A stretch of 64,000 nucleotides of DNA from contig CAVVOD010000001.1 of assembly GCA_963749835.1 (NCBI GenBank), forward strand, positions 3,926,851 to 3,990,850, read 5' to 3'. The position numbers were made by a program, and so were the translations under genes. How positions within the stretch are numbered: position 1 is the stretch's first letter; the number at the start of each line of letters is the position of its first letter. Under the pieces are notes generated by a model, which was given only the letters and a program-made list of their open reading frames with translations, searched no databases and had not been told where the DNA came from. This DNA is from an uncultured Acidobacteriota bacterium. Lineage in GTDB: Bacteria; Acidobacteriota; Vicinamibacteria; Vicinamibacterales; 2-12-FULL-66-21. Below, piece after piece: positions 55,188 through 64,000 of the stretch.

Positions 55188-55263
55188 GGTGGGTGTAGCT
55201 CAGTGGTAGAGCGCCGGATTGTGGTTCCGGATGTCGCGGGTTCGATCCCCGTCATCCACCCCA
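55188..55263 (+). tRNA. tRNA-His (anticodon GTG), encoded CCA
   Basis: Cloverleaf read by eye. G-1 plus acceptor GTGGGTG/CATCCAC (one G-U pair). D arm GCTC-AGTGGTA-GAGC. Anticodon arm CCGGA-TTGTGGT-TCCGG. T arm GCGGG-TTCGATC-CCCGT. Discriminator C, then CCA. Confidence 0.9.
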
Positions 55264-55449
55264 GCTTCTAAAGTCTCCAGCAAATCTAGCCTTCTCCTTC
55301 GACGGTGCTTGCTCACCTCGCGATGAGCCGCGCGGACTGCCGGCCCCGACACGCTGTTCTTGAATCGGCAGACGGGTCATATCGCTGCGGTTTGTGAGGT
55401 CCGACCCTTCGCGTGGACCTCGCCCCAAGCGGCTCCATTTCCACCGCCG

Positions 55450-55491
55450 CAGTGCATGGTCTCCTGCGAACAGTGCATGGTCTCCTGCAAA
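55450..55491. repeat. 21-bp tandem duplication
   Basis: CAGTGCATGGTCTCCTGCGAA followed by CAGTGCATGGTCTCCTGCAAA (20/21 identical), between the tRNA and the large ORF. Confidence 0.8.
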
Positions 55492-55649
55492 GCAACAGGT
55501 TCACGCCGCGATCGGTGTCGCCGACGGCCGCGAAGTCCGGCGTGGGTGGACTATTAGTCAACCCAAGCGCGGAGTTGATTGGCCTGGATGACCGCGATCG
55601 CAGGGAACCACAAGTAAATCGCGGTTCATTTATTGCTCAGCTTGGGCCA

Positions 55650-58600
55650 ATGCCAAGCCTGAAGCTCGACCCCAACCGCCCACAGCAGCCGCACAAACGA
55701 GCCCTTCAAGATAAGGAAGAACAGAGGGCTCAGTTCAAGCCGCCTGTACTGCTGATTGTGGCGGTAACTCTCATCGCGCTGCTCGGCTCTCAGTGGGGAC
55801 GACGGCCGGACCCCGTGGCCGACGGCGGCCGCGGGTTGGTGATCGACCGAACGAACAAGTTCACGCAAGTGGTCAAACCGCGGGCGGCGTTGAAGACGCG
55901 GTCAGGAGCGCAGTCCGCCATTATCACGGTGACGTATGTAGGCTTCTCAGGATTCCCAGGCGCACAGGCGGCGTTCCAGCACGCCGTGGACATCTGGGCC
56001 AACCTGATTGTTGCTTCCGTTCCAATCACGATCCACGCGGAGTTCGCGCCACTCGAGGAGGGAGTTCTCGGTGGAGCCGGCCCTGGCCGCTTCTATCGAA
56101 ACTTCGCAAACGCACCCGTCAATGGACGGTGGTATCCGGTTGGCCTGGCGAACCAATACCGCGGAAGTGACCTGGATCCTGCCGGGTTCGACATCGAAGC
56201 GACCTTCGCAAGCAACATCTCAGAGTGGTACTTCGGAACGGACGGCAACACGCCCGCTAACCAGGTTGACTTCACGACCACCGTACTTCACGAAATTGGC
56301 CATGGCCTCGGGATAGCCGGCTCGATGCGCGTCAGCGGAGGGGTTGGGGACTGGGGACTCTCCACGGGGTTTCCGTTGATGTACGACGTATTCGCTGTCA
56401 ACGGTTCGATTCAATTCCTTACCGACACGTCCTTGTTTCCGAACCCGTCGGCCGCACTCGCGACACAGCTGCTGTCAAACAACATCTGGTGGAATGGATT
56501 GCAGGCATACAACGCCAATGGCTTCCAACGTCCCAGACTGTATGGGCCTGTCAACTGGCTTCCGGGCTCCAGTTTCTCTCACCTCGACGAGTCGACGTAT
56601 CCACCCGGCAATCCAAACTCCCTGATGACCTATGCGATTGGATACGCTGAGAGTATTCACAACCCCGGACCTATTGTGACGGGTATGCTGCGGGACCTCG
56701 GATGGGCGACCGGTTGTGGCTTCTCCGTGTCTTCGACGACGCTGAGCGGGAGTTCAGCGGGCGGCTCCGGATCGTTCAACGTGGTCGGTCCGGCGGGATG
56801 CGCCTGGTCAGCCGTGAGCAACACCGCATTTGTCACCATCACCTCAGGCGGAGCGGGCAGCGGTTCTGGCGCGGTGGGATTCTCGGTCGCGGCGAACCCT
56901 CTCGGCGCCTCACGATCCGGCACGATCTCGGTGGCGGGCCAGACCGTCACGATCACTCAATCCGGTCTTGCTGGCGGTGCTGTCCTGTCGCTGGACCGCG
57001 GGGTACTGAACTTTGCAGCGGTGACCACCGGCTCGGCGTTTGTCTCTAAAACGAGCGCCCAGACGCTCCGACTCCTTCAAAGCGGAGCGGGGTCGGTGGC
57101 GTGGACCGCCACGTCCAACGTCCCATGGCTCACCGTCACACCGAGTAGTGGGAGCGGGTCACGGGTGCTCACGGTCAGCGTGAAGTTCGTACCCGGGCTT
57201 GCGGCGACGGCGTCGGGCGCGATCACAGTTGCCGTGAACGGAGTCGCCGCAGTCAGCCCGGTGGCCGTTCGACTCGGCATCACCTCGAACGGTGCGTCTG
57301 CCTCGCCCGTCGGAAAGTTTGATACGCCGGTAAGCGGAATCACGGGCGTCACCGGATCAATCGGTGTTACGGGCTGGGCTCTCGATGATGTGCAGATCAC
57401 CCGGGTGCGCATTCTGCGGGATCCAGTGGCAGGCGAGACGCCGGGCACCCTGATCTTCATCGGTGACGCAGCGTTCGTCGAAGGCGCACGGCCAGACGTT
57501 GCTGCAGGCTTCGCCTCGCATCCGCAGCACACCCGGGCGGGGTGGGGCTACATGCTCCTCACCAACTTCCTTCCGGCTCTGGGAAATGGCACGTTCAGGC
57601 TCCATGCGTACGCCGACGACATCGAGGGACACTCCACGCTCCTCGGCACAAAAATCATCAGCTGCACGAATAGTGTGGCCACTGCGCCGTTTGGCGCCAT
57701 TGACACGCCAGGGCAAGGAAGTGTCGTCAGTGGAACGGTGAACAACTTTGGCTGGGTTTTGGCCCCGGGCTTACGACGAGCCGACCCTCCGAACGGCGGC
57801 ACCGTGAACGTGTTCATCGACGGAGCACCGGTCGGAGCCCCCGCCGGCTGGACTTCGCGAACGGACTTGACCGGGCTCTTTCCGTCTGGGCTCTACAATG
57901 GCGTGAGCTCCGCGCTCGGAGTGTTCTCGTTCGACAGCACAACCCTCACCAACGGCGTGCACACCATCTCGTGGGGAGTCACCGACAATCTAGGCAGCAG
58001 CGCGGGCGTCGGCAGCCGTTATTTCACCGTGTCGAACGGCTCAACGCTGACGGCTGCGCCTGCGGCGAGCCTCTTGGGATCGTCCACGTCCGCTATTCTG
58101 AGTGAAGGTCTGCTCGGGCGTCGCGGATTCAGTCTTGACGAGCCGTACGCGATGTTCGAGCCGAATGCTGACGGGACGATCACGATTCAAAGCGAGGAAC
58201 TGGATCGTATCGAGCTGAAGACACACGCAACCGAGGCCGGTCTCCGATCCGCTGGAAGCAATGGCGCACTGCCAATCGGGGCGCGTCTCGACTCAGACGG
58301 CACGTTCACGTGGCACCCTGGCGTCGGGTTCGTCGGCGCGTATGAGTTCGTGTTCGCGTCCGCGGCTGGCCAGCAGCGCGTCTGGATTGTGTTGAACGCC
58401 CGAGGAAGCAATCGCGTTGGACCACAGATCGTCATCGATGCTCCGGCCGCCAGACAGGACGTCACGACAACATTCACGATCGCAGGGTGGGCTGCCGATC
58501 TGGATAGCACTCGGGACACGGGCATTGACGCTGTCCACATCTGGGCCTATCCCGTCGCTGGAGGCGCTCCGATCTTCATGGGTGCCGCCGCGACGCAGCG

Positions 58601-58805
58601 TGAGCGTCCTGACGTCAGCGCAATCTACGGAGGGCGGTTCGCGAAGACCGGCTACGACCTCACGGTTCGAGGCTTTGCACGCGGAACGTACGACGTGGCC
58701 GTCTTCGCGTGGAGTACGGGTACGCGGCGGGTTCCTGCCGGCAAGAACAGTCCGAATCGCGGTGCGCTGACCGGGGGGGCCGCAACCGTAAACTGCGGCC
58801 TCTGA
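55650..58805 (+). CDS. large membrane-anchored/secreted protein with HExxHxxG zinc-metalloprotease-like domain and multiple Ig-like/beta-sandwich domains
   Basis: Likely start MPSLKLD at 55650 (ORF open from 55413). N-terminal TM helix VLLIVAVTLIALLG. TVLHEIGHGLGI motif. Repeated beta-rich modules (CGFSVSSTTL...ISVAGQTVTITQSG; FDTPVSG...GWALDD; AIDTPGQGSVVSG...). By eye, lower GC and more A/T-ending codons than neighbours. The C-terminal ~25 aa may be frame-shifted. Confidence 0.7.
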   Translation: MPSLKLDPNRPQQPHKRALQDKEEQRAQFKPPVLLIVAVTLIALLGSQWGRRPDPVADGGRGLVIDRTNKFTQVVKPRAALKTRSGAQSAIITVTYVGFSGFPGAQAAFQHAVDIWANLIVASVPITIHAEFAPLEEGVLGGAGPGRFYRNFANAPVNGRWYPVGLANQYRGSDLDPAGFDIEATFASNISEWYFGTDGNTPANQVDFTTTVLHEIGHGLGIAGSMRVSGGVGDWGLSTGFPLMYDVFAVNGSIQFLTDTSLFPNPSAALATQLLSNNIWWNGLQAYNANGFQRPRLYGPVNWLPGSSFSHLDESTYPPGNPNSLMTYAIGYAESIHNPGPIVTGMLRDLGWATGCGFSVSSTTLSGSSAGGSGSFNVVGPAGCAWSAVSNTAFVTITSGGAGSGSGAVGFSVAANPLGASRSGTISVAGQTVTITQSGLAGGAVLSLDRGVLNFAAVTTGSAFVSKTSAQTLRLLQSGAGSVAWTATSNVPWLTVTPSSGSGSRVLTVSVKFVPGLAATASGAITVAVNGVAAVSPVAVRLGITSNGASASPVGKFDTPVSGITGVTGSIGVTGWALDDVQITRVRILRDPVAGETPGTLIFIGDAAFVEGARPDVAAGFASHPQHTRAGWGYMLLTNFLPALGNGTFRLHAYADDIEGHSTLLGTKIISCTNSVATAPFGAIDTPGQGSVVSGTVNNFGWVLAPGLRRADPPNGGTVNVFIDGAPVGAPAGWTSRTDLTGLFPSGLYNGVSSALGVFSFDSTTLTNGVHTISWGVTDNLGSSAGVGSRYFTVSNGSTLTAAPAASLLGSSTSAILSEGLLGRRGFSLDEPYAMFEPNADGTITIQSEELDRIELKTHATEAGLRSAGSNGALPIGARLDSDGTFTWHPGVGFVGAYEFVFASAAGQQRVWIVLNARGSNRVGPQIVIDAPAARQDVTTTFTIAGWAADLDSTRDTGIDAVHIWAYPVAGGAPIFMGAAATQRERPDVSAIYGGRFAKTGYDLTVRGFARGTYDVAVFAWSTGTRRVPAGKNSPNRGALTGGAATVNCGL

Positions 58806-59020
58806 TTTGGATTAACGTGCAAGATGTGCCCTGTCTTGCCCTTTTGTCTCCGCTACCAGATTGGACCTCAACAGTGACTGGCGCGGTTGCCCGGCGTGAA
58901 GCGAGGGAATCGCAACGCCGGTGACCACGTCGGCCATTGGCTTTGCGCTTGCACGGCCCCCATGCAAACCCCAGGTTGTTTGCGTCAGGTCTGCAACCTC
59001 AGCGTCGGAGGGTCTGGTCA

Positions 59021-59668
59021 ATGAAAGGTTCGGCAACAATCGCAATGGTGGTCCTGATCTCCCTGGGACCGGCCGCCACCGACTCGGTCGCGGAGAGGTT
59101 GACGTTCGAGGACGTCACCGCAGCTACCAGTCGCCCGATCCCGACGGGATACGGGGGACTGACATGGGATAATTTCTGGGTGGTCAACGGATCCGTGGAT
59201 GCGCGATTTGTAGGAACGGGATACGCAAACGGACGCGTGTCCGGGGACTACGTGGCGTTCAACAACGTTGGGGATCCCGCCGCTGTCCGTGGTGACTCGT
59301 TCACGTTCGACAGCGCCTATTTCACCTCCGCCTGGAGGACCGGCCTCACGCTGGAAATCGGGGGCTGGCGGGGTACAACCCAGCTGTTCGCGACTGAACT
59401 GGTACTGAACCCCACGGCGCCAGCATTCTTCTCTGCGGGCTGGTCCAGCCTTGATCGCCTCACGTTCCGCTCGTCCGGAGGGGTGAACATCGGGTTGAAT
59501 CAAGGTGACGGCGTGCAGTTTGCGATGGATGACTTCACATTTACGGACAATGCCGCTCCAGTGCCGGAGCCGGCCTCAATGCTCCTGCTCGCGACAGGCC
59601 TGGCTGGCTTGGGGGCACGGTATCGGCAACGGCTCGGCGGCAATCGACCCCACGGAAACCCTGAATGA
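59021..59668 (+). CDS. PEP-CTERM sorting domain-containing protein
   Basis: Start MKGSATIAMVVLISLG at 59021. C-terminal VPEPASMLLLATGLAGLGARYRQR (PEP motif, TM helix, basic tail). Confidence 0.85.
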   Translation: MKGSATIAMVVLISLGPAATDSVAERLTFEDVTAATSRPIPTGYGGLTWDNFWVVNGSVDARFVGTGYANGRVSGDYVAFNNVGDPAAVRGDSFTFDSAYFTSAWRTGLTLEIGGWRGTTQLFATELVLNPTAPAFFSAGWSSLDRLTFRSSGGVNIGLNQGDGVQFAMDDFTFTDNAAPVPEPASMLLLATGLAGLGARYRQRLGGNRPHGNPE

Positions 59669-59721
59669 ATTGTGATCAGCTGGTGGCTGACACGACTGCC
59701 TGGTACTGCCCGGACGCGATC

Positions 59722-62368
59722 CTATTGAGCGCGCAGAGCGATCAGCGGATCGATTCGTGTCGCGCGGGCCGCCGGGATGTAGCAGGCAAGCATCGCGACG
59801 AGAGCCAGCATCAGGCCCACAGCGGAATAGGTGATCGGATCGCGCGCCTCAACCTCGAATAACAGGGTCCCCAGCACCCGGCTGAGCGCGAACGCGCCGA
59901 GCAACCCGATGGCGATGCCCGCGAGCGCCCAGGCCATGCCGCCTCGCAGGACGAGACGCATGATCTGCGCACGTCCGGCGCCGATCGCCATGCGCACGCC
60001 AATTTCCTGCGTCCGCCGGGCGACCGAATACGAGAGCACGCCGTAGACACCCACCGCAGCGAGCACGAGCGCCACGAGCGCAAACACGCCGCTCATCGTC
60101 GTGGTGAACCGCGGCTGCGCAGCACTGTCGTCGAGCCAGTCGCGCAGGCGCCGCACCTGCGAGACCGGTTGCGCCGGATCGATGTCCTGGACGGCTCGAG
60201 CAATCGCCGGAACGATCCCCGACGGGTCGCCTGCGGTCCGCACCAGCAACGTCATCGTCCTCTGTGGGAACTGGACCGCGGCGAGGTACACCGCGGCGCT
60301 GGGCTCGCGATCCAATCCGCCGCCACAGCAGCCCCGGCCGTCCGCGCCGCGGATGTCCCCGACGACGCCGACGACTTCGTGCTGTCGTCCATTCCAGTCG
60401 AGCGTCTGCCCGACCGGGCTCTCGTCGGTCCAGAGCTGACGGGCGACGCTCTCGCTGACGACTGCGACCAGCGGCGATCCCTGGCCGTCCTGCCGACCGA
60501 ACGCACGGCCGGCCCGCAGCGGCACACCCAGAGCCTGAAAGTAGTCCGCACTCACCATGTGCTCCACCGCCGAGATCCCTGCTTCCGCGGACACCGACGA
60601 CTGGGCACGATTCCGCGCCGTCCCGCCCGCGCGCACACCCGGCCCGAATGGCGCCGTGATCCCGACCGCCACGGACTGCACCTGTGGCATGCCGTGGAGC
60701 GATTCCAGCAGTGGGCCCCAGAAGCCCCACACGCGCGCGGCATCCGGATACTGAGCGCGCGGCAGCGAGATCCTGGCGGTGATCACGCCTTCCGGGTCGA
60801 ACCCTGGACGCACCTGCTGCAGCCGGACGAAACTCTGCAGAAGCAGCGCCGCACCCACGAGCAGCATCGTCGCGAGGGACATCTGCGCGACGACGATCGT
60901 GTGTCGCAGCAGCGTGCCCGAGAGACCGGCGGTACCCTTGCCGTGGTGCGCGAGCGAGGGCACCAGGGCGATGCGCGACGCGCGCAGGGCCGGAACCAGC
61001 CCCATGAAAAGGCCGCTCGCGAGCGACAGGAGCAGGCCGAGCCCGAGCACCGTCGCATCGACGCGGATCCCGTCAATCCGCGTCACCGTGGGCGGAAGCA
61101 TGACCCGCAGCGTCTGCACGGCAAACACAGCCAGCAGGAGTCCGCATGCACCGCTCACCGCCGCGAGGCAGACACTCTCTGTGACGAGCTGGCGAACAAG
61201 GCGGGAACGGCCGGCGCCCAGCGCCGTGCGCAGGGCCAGTTCGGGTTGACGGGAGACGGCTCTGGCTAGCAGCATGTTCGCGACGTTCGCACAGGCGATG
61301 AGCAACACCATCCCCACGGCGGCGAAGAGCACCAGCAAGCGAAGACCGCACCCGGCCGTCGAGCATCGAGTCGTAGACGGTCTCCAGTCGCACGCCCCAG
61401 TCTTTGTTCGTGGCGGGGAACTCCTGCTCCAGTGCGGCGGCGATGCGGCGCATCTCGTCACGTGCGCGATCCATCGAGACGCCGGGACGCAGCCGGCCGA
61501 CCACGCGGATGACGTGATTCCCACGATTCTCGCGCAATGGATCGATCGTGAGCGGGACGAAGATCTGCGAGCTGCCGCCTGCCGAATCGATGTTCGCCCG
61601 TCCGACCTCGCGAAACGTGCGGGGCACGACGCCGATGACCTGATGACGTTCGCCGTTCAGGGTGATCGACTGCCCGACAATTGCGGCATCGCCGCCGAAG
61701 CGCCGCCGCCAGAGCGCTTCCCCGATCACCGCCACGCGTGGAGCCCCCGGTCGATTGTCTTCGGCGCGAAAGCCGCGACCGGCGAGCGGCGGCAGGCCGA
61801 GCACGCTGAACATCGACGCCGTGACCGCGCTGCCGGCCAGGCGTTCTGGCTCACCATGGTCGGTGAGGGTGACACTGGAGCTCTGGGACGCCGCGAGCGC
61901 CTCCGTGCTCGTCGCACGGTCCGCCCAGGACAGATAGTTGAGCGTCGAGACGCGGAACATCGGCCTGTTCGCCCGGGGGTTGTCTTCGAACAATTCAACC
62001 AGCCGGTCCGGTGCTGGATACGGCAGCGGCCGCAGCATGACCGCGTACACGACACTGAAGACGGCCGTGGTGCCGCCCACCCCCAATGCGATCGTGAGCA
62101 GGGCCGTGGCAGTCACGATCGGCGTGCGCGAAAACTGACGGAACGCGTGGCGAATGTCCTGCATCAGCATGCTGAGCTGCTCCCTGGGGGCAGTACGAAC
62201 GAGATCGGCGAGAAGCGCGAGCCAGAGCGTGAGAGCGCTTTCGTCCCTAGCGCGATCGCGGTAGAGGGATGCCATCTCCGCCCCGTACTCCTCGCGGAAT
62301 GCACGCGGATACAGGCGGAGAAGCCAGCGGTAGATTCGTTCCGACCCTTTCACGCCGTCACCCTTCAC
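59722..62368 (-). pseudogene. ADOP-family (duplicated MacB/FtsX-like) ABC permease, frame-disrupted (or assembly indel)
   Basis: ORFs 61073-62368 and 59722-61524. Shifting one base at ~61340-61350 restores ...VYDSMLDGRVR|LRLLVLFAAVGMVLLIACANVANMLLARA... N-terminus YRWLLRLYPRAFREEYGAEM is typical of ADOP permeases. A second FtsX module lies at the C-terminus. Confidence 0.8.
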
Positions 62369-62741
62369 TGGAACGCAGGCTGGTCAGTCGAGCGTGGTTC
62401 AGAAGGGCCGACATGCGTGCCATCTCGTGTCGGGCGGCTTCGCGGCCGTCACGCGTCAGCCGGTAGTACCGCCGCCGCTCGTCGTCGGCGGCAGGCCTGC
62501 CGGCGACTTCTTCGATCAAGCCGTCTTCGAGCATCTGCTTGATCGAGCCGTACAGCGTGCCAGGACTCAGTTTGACCTTGCCGTCGCTGCGTTCAGCGAT
62601 GTCCAACATGATCCCGTATCCGTGGAGCGGCTGGTCGGCCAGCGCGATGAGGATTTGGAAGACGGCCGGCGCCATCGGCCGCTCGGGGAGCAAAGGCTTC
62701 GTCACGGCGGAGACTATATCGGATAACCGATATATCTGCAA
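62358..62741 (-). CDS. PadR family transcriptional regulator
   Basis: ILIALADQPLHGYGIMLDIAERSDGKVKLSPGTLYGSIKQMLEDGLIEE winged-helix. The start may be MAPAVFQ at 62675. 11-nt overlap with the permease start. Confidence 0.85.
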   Translation of the reverse strand: MQIYRLSDIVSAVTKPLLPERPMAPAVFQILIALADQPLHGYGIMLDIAERSDGKVKLSPGTLYGSIKQMLEDGLIEEVAGRPAADDERRRYYRLTRDGREAARHEMARMSALLNHARLTSLRSSEG

Positions 62742-62825
62742 GTCGATAGTATAGAGCGACTGCGAATCGCCCGCTCCGGCGCCGTGTCCGCATACCCTGA
62801 TAGGCCAGGCGATCGCCTCAGCGAC

Positions 62826-62888
62826 CCGAATCCCGAATCCCGAATCCCGAGTCCCAGAGTCCCGAGTCCAGAGTCCCGAGGCCCGATC
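62826..62888. repeat. CCCGA[AG]T heptamer array
   Basis: cccgaat x3, cccgagt, cccagag, tcccgag, tccagag, tcccgag. Confidence 0.8.
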
Positions 62889-62897
62889 AGAGACGCG

Positions 62898-64000
62898 TCA
62901 GAAGCTGATATTCATCCCGATGTCCACCTTGCGTGGATTCTGGACGGCGGTCGCATTCCTGAAAAACGGGGACGTCATCACGCCGCTGAAGCCGATCAGG
63001 TTCGCGTGGTTGGTCAGATTGTTGACGTTGGCGAAGAGACTGAGCTTGTATCGCGGGCCGCCCATCCCGGGCCCCCCGCTCATTTGAGCCGACGTCGTCC
63101 TCAGCGGCACGTTGTAGGTGGCCCGGCCGCTCACGGTCCACACCGGAGACGTCCGCAGCGACCAGATGCCGACGCCTGGAGGACGATCGTTCAGCAGACC
63201 ATCGTCGTTGTCGTCGAATCCCGTCATCAGCATGTAGGGGAAGCCATCGGAGGCGTTCACCGACAGGTTGAGGGTGAGATTCCGCAATTGCGTGCTCACC
63301 AGCGAGGCGTTGACGCGGTACGGGTTGTCGGCCGGCCCGTGACCCCATTCGGTCTCCAGGCTGCCACTGGCCGGCACGTCGAACGGACCGATGGCGTTCC
63401 GTCGGGCACGGATGAAGGAGTAGCCGCCGTTCAGCGCGAGCCGGCGCCAGTTGAAGTCCGCGCGGTTGGTCGCCGGCGACGGCGCGACCAGGCTCAGATT
63501 GAAGTTGATGAACAGCTCGTGCCTTCTGATCTCGGCGTCGGTCACGGTCGAGATGATGTTGCCGAATGCCGGGTTGGGCCGGACGCCATTCGTCAGCGGG
63601 TTGAGGTTCGTCCCGCGGGGCAGCTGGTCCTGATGGTAGTAGTTGTACAGCACGTTCACGCTGGCGCGAGGCGAGAACCGCTGATCGATGCCGGCGCTGT
63701 ATCGGATGTTCTTGTTCAGCTTGTAGTCGCCCAACCGGTACGTGTCTCGCGGCCCCGTCGTGCCGGCGGTGCCGGGATCCGGATACGACGGATTGGAGAT
63801 GATGATGTCGCGCTGATGATTGTCGTCCGAACGCACGGTCTGCCACCAGATCCCCGGATCCAGCCAGCCGTGGAAAATCCCGCCGCTCGCCCGCAGCGTC
63901 GTGTTCCCCTTCTCTGTCGGCGACCACGTGACACCGAGGCGCGGCTCGAACGCGGTCAGGTCGGGCACACGCGTCTGATAGCTGTACCGGAGGCCGGGGC
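62898..64000 (-). CDS. TonB-dependent receptor-like OMP (C-terminal part; gene continues beyond window end)
   Basis: Beta-barrel C-terminus ends ...RKVDIGMNISF. Collinear with the C-terminal ~360 aa of the 22111-24765 protein. The reading frame is open to the window edge. Confidence 0.8.
   Translation of the reverse strand, partial: PGLRYSYQTRVPDLTAFEPRLGVTWSPTEKGNTTLRASGGIFHGWLDPGIWWQTVRSDDNHQRDIIISNPSYPDPGTAGTTGPRDTYRLGDYKLNKNIRYSAGIDQRFSPRASVNVLYNYYHQDQLPRGTNLNPLTNGVRPNPAFGNIISTVTDAEIRRHELFINFNLSLVAPSPATNRADFNWRRLALNGGYSFIRARRNAIGPFDVPASGSLETEWGHGPADNPYRVNASLVSTQLRNLTLNLSVNASDGFPYMLMTGFDDNDDGLLNDRPPGVGIWSLRTSPVWTVSGRATYNVPLRTTSAQMSGGPGMGGPRYKLSLFANVNNLTNHANLIGFSGVMTSPFFRNATAVQNPRKVDIGMNISF

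Noticed and set aside
55264-59700. Search for an integrase gene or a direct repeat of the tRNA-His 3' end to delimit a classical integrative island
   Set aside because: No integrase-like ORF and no copy of the TTCGATCCCCGTCATCCACC segment were found by eye downstream. The region is therefore reported only as compositionally atypical, not as a defined mobile island.

Overview
A 64-kb, visibly GC-rich (about two-thirds G+C by eye, not computed) bacterial chromosomal segment. The gene content points to Acidobacteriota: a PadR regulator with an ADOP-type duplicated FtsX permease, a VWFA-related acidobacterial-domain protein, CarboxypepD_reg-type TonB-dependent outer-membrane proteins, a PEP-CTERM protein, and many Tat-exported Gfo/Idh/MocA and sugar-isomerase-like enzymes. 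This is inferred from remembered family distributions; no search was run. I call about 46 protein genes, one tRNA-His, one intact IS630-family insertion sequence, two MITE families and a dense set of intergenic 7-nt-period tandem-repeat arrays. Four of the genes are split by same-direction single-base frame disruptions. Most long ORFs antisense to these genes are GC-driven shadow ORFs. Main leads: (1) an uncharacterised operon of a VTC-like polyphosphate polymerase, a DUF4956 membrane protein and a secreted CotH kinase; (2) several families of STRR-like heptanucleotide arrays plus a conserved hairpin, including G-quadruplex-capable tracts and a ~175-bp inverted array between tandem paralogues; (3) IS630/MITE insertions sitting exactly on stop codons, and a second MITE family whose arms encode the C-termini of two enzymes; (4) five frame disruptions, four of them next to GTAC, which suggests motif-linked base-calling error or real decay; (5) a periplasmic (Tat) sugar-oxidation gene set with a spermidine-synthase-like polytopic protein in the slot where a cytochrome c subunit is usually found; (6) an in-frame TAG between a coiled-coil protein and a sensor-less histidine kinase; (7) a compositionally atypical segment next to tRNA-His. 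All family assignments come from motif recognition by eye and need HMM/BLAST confirmation.
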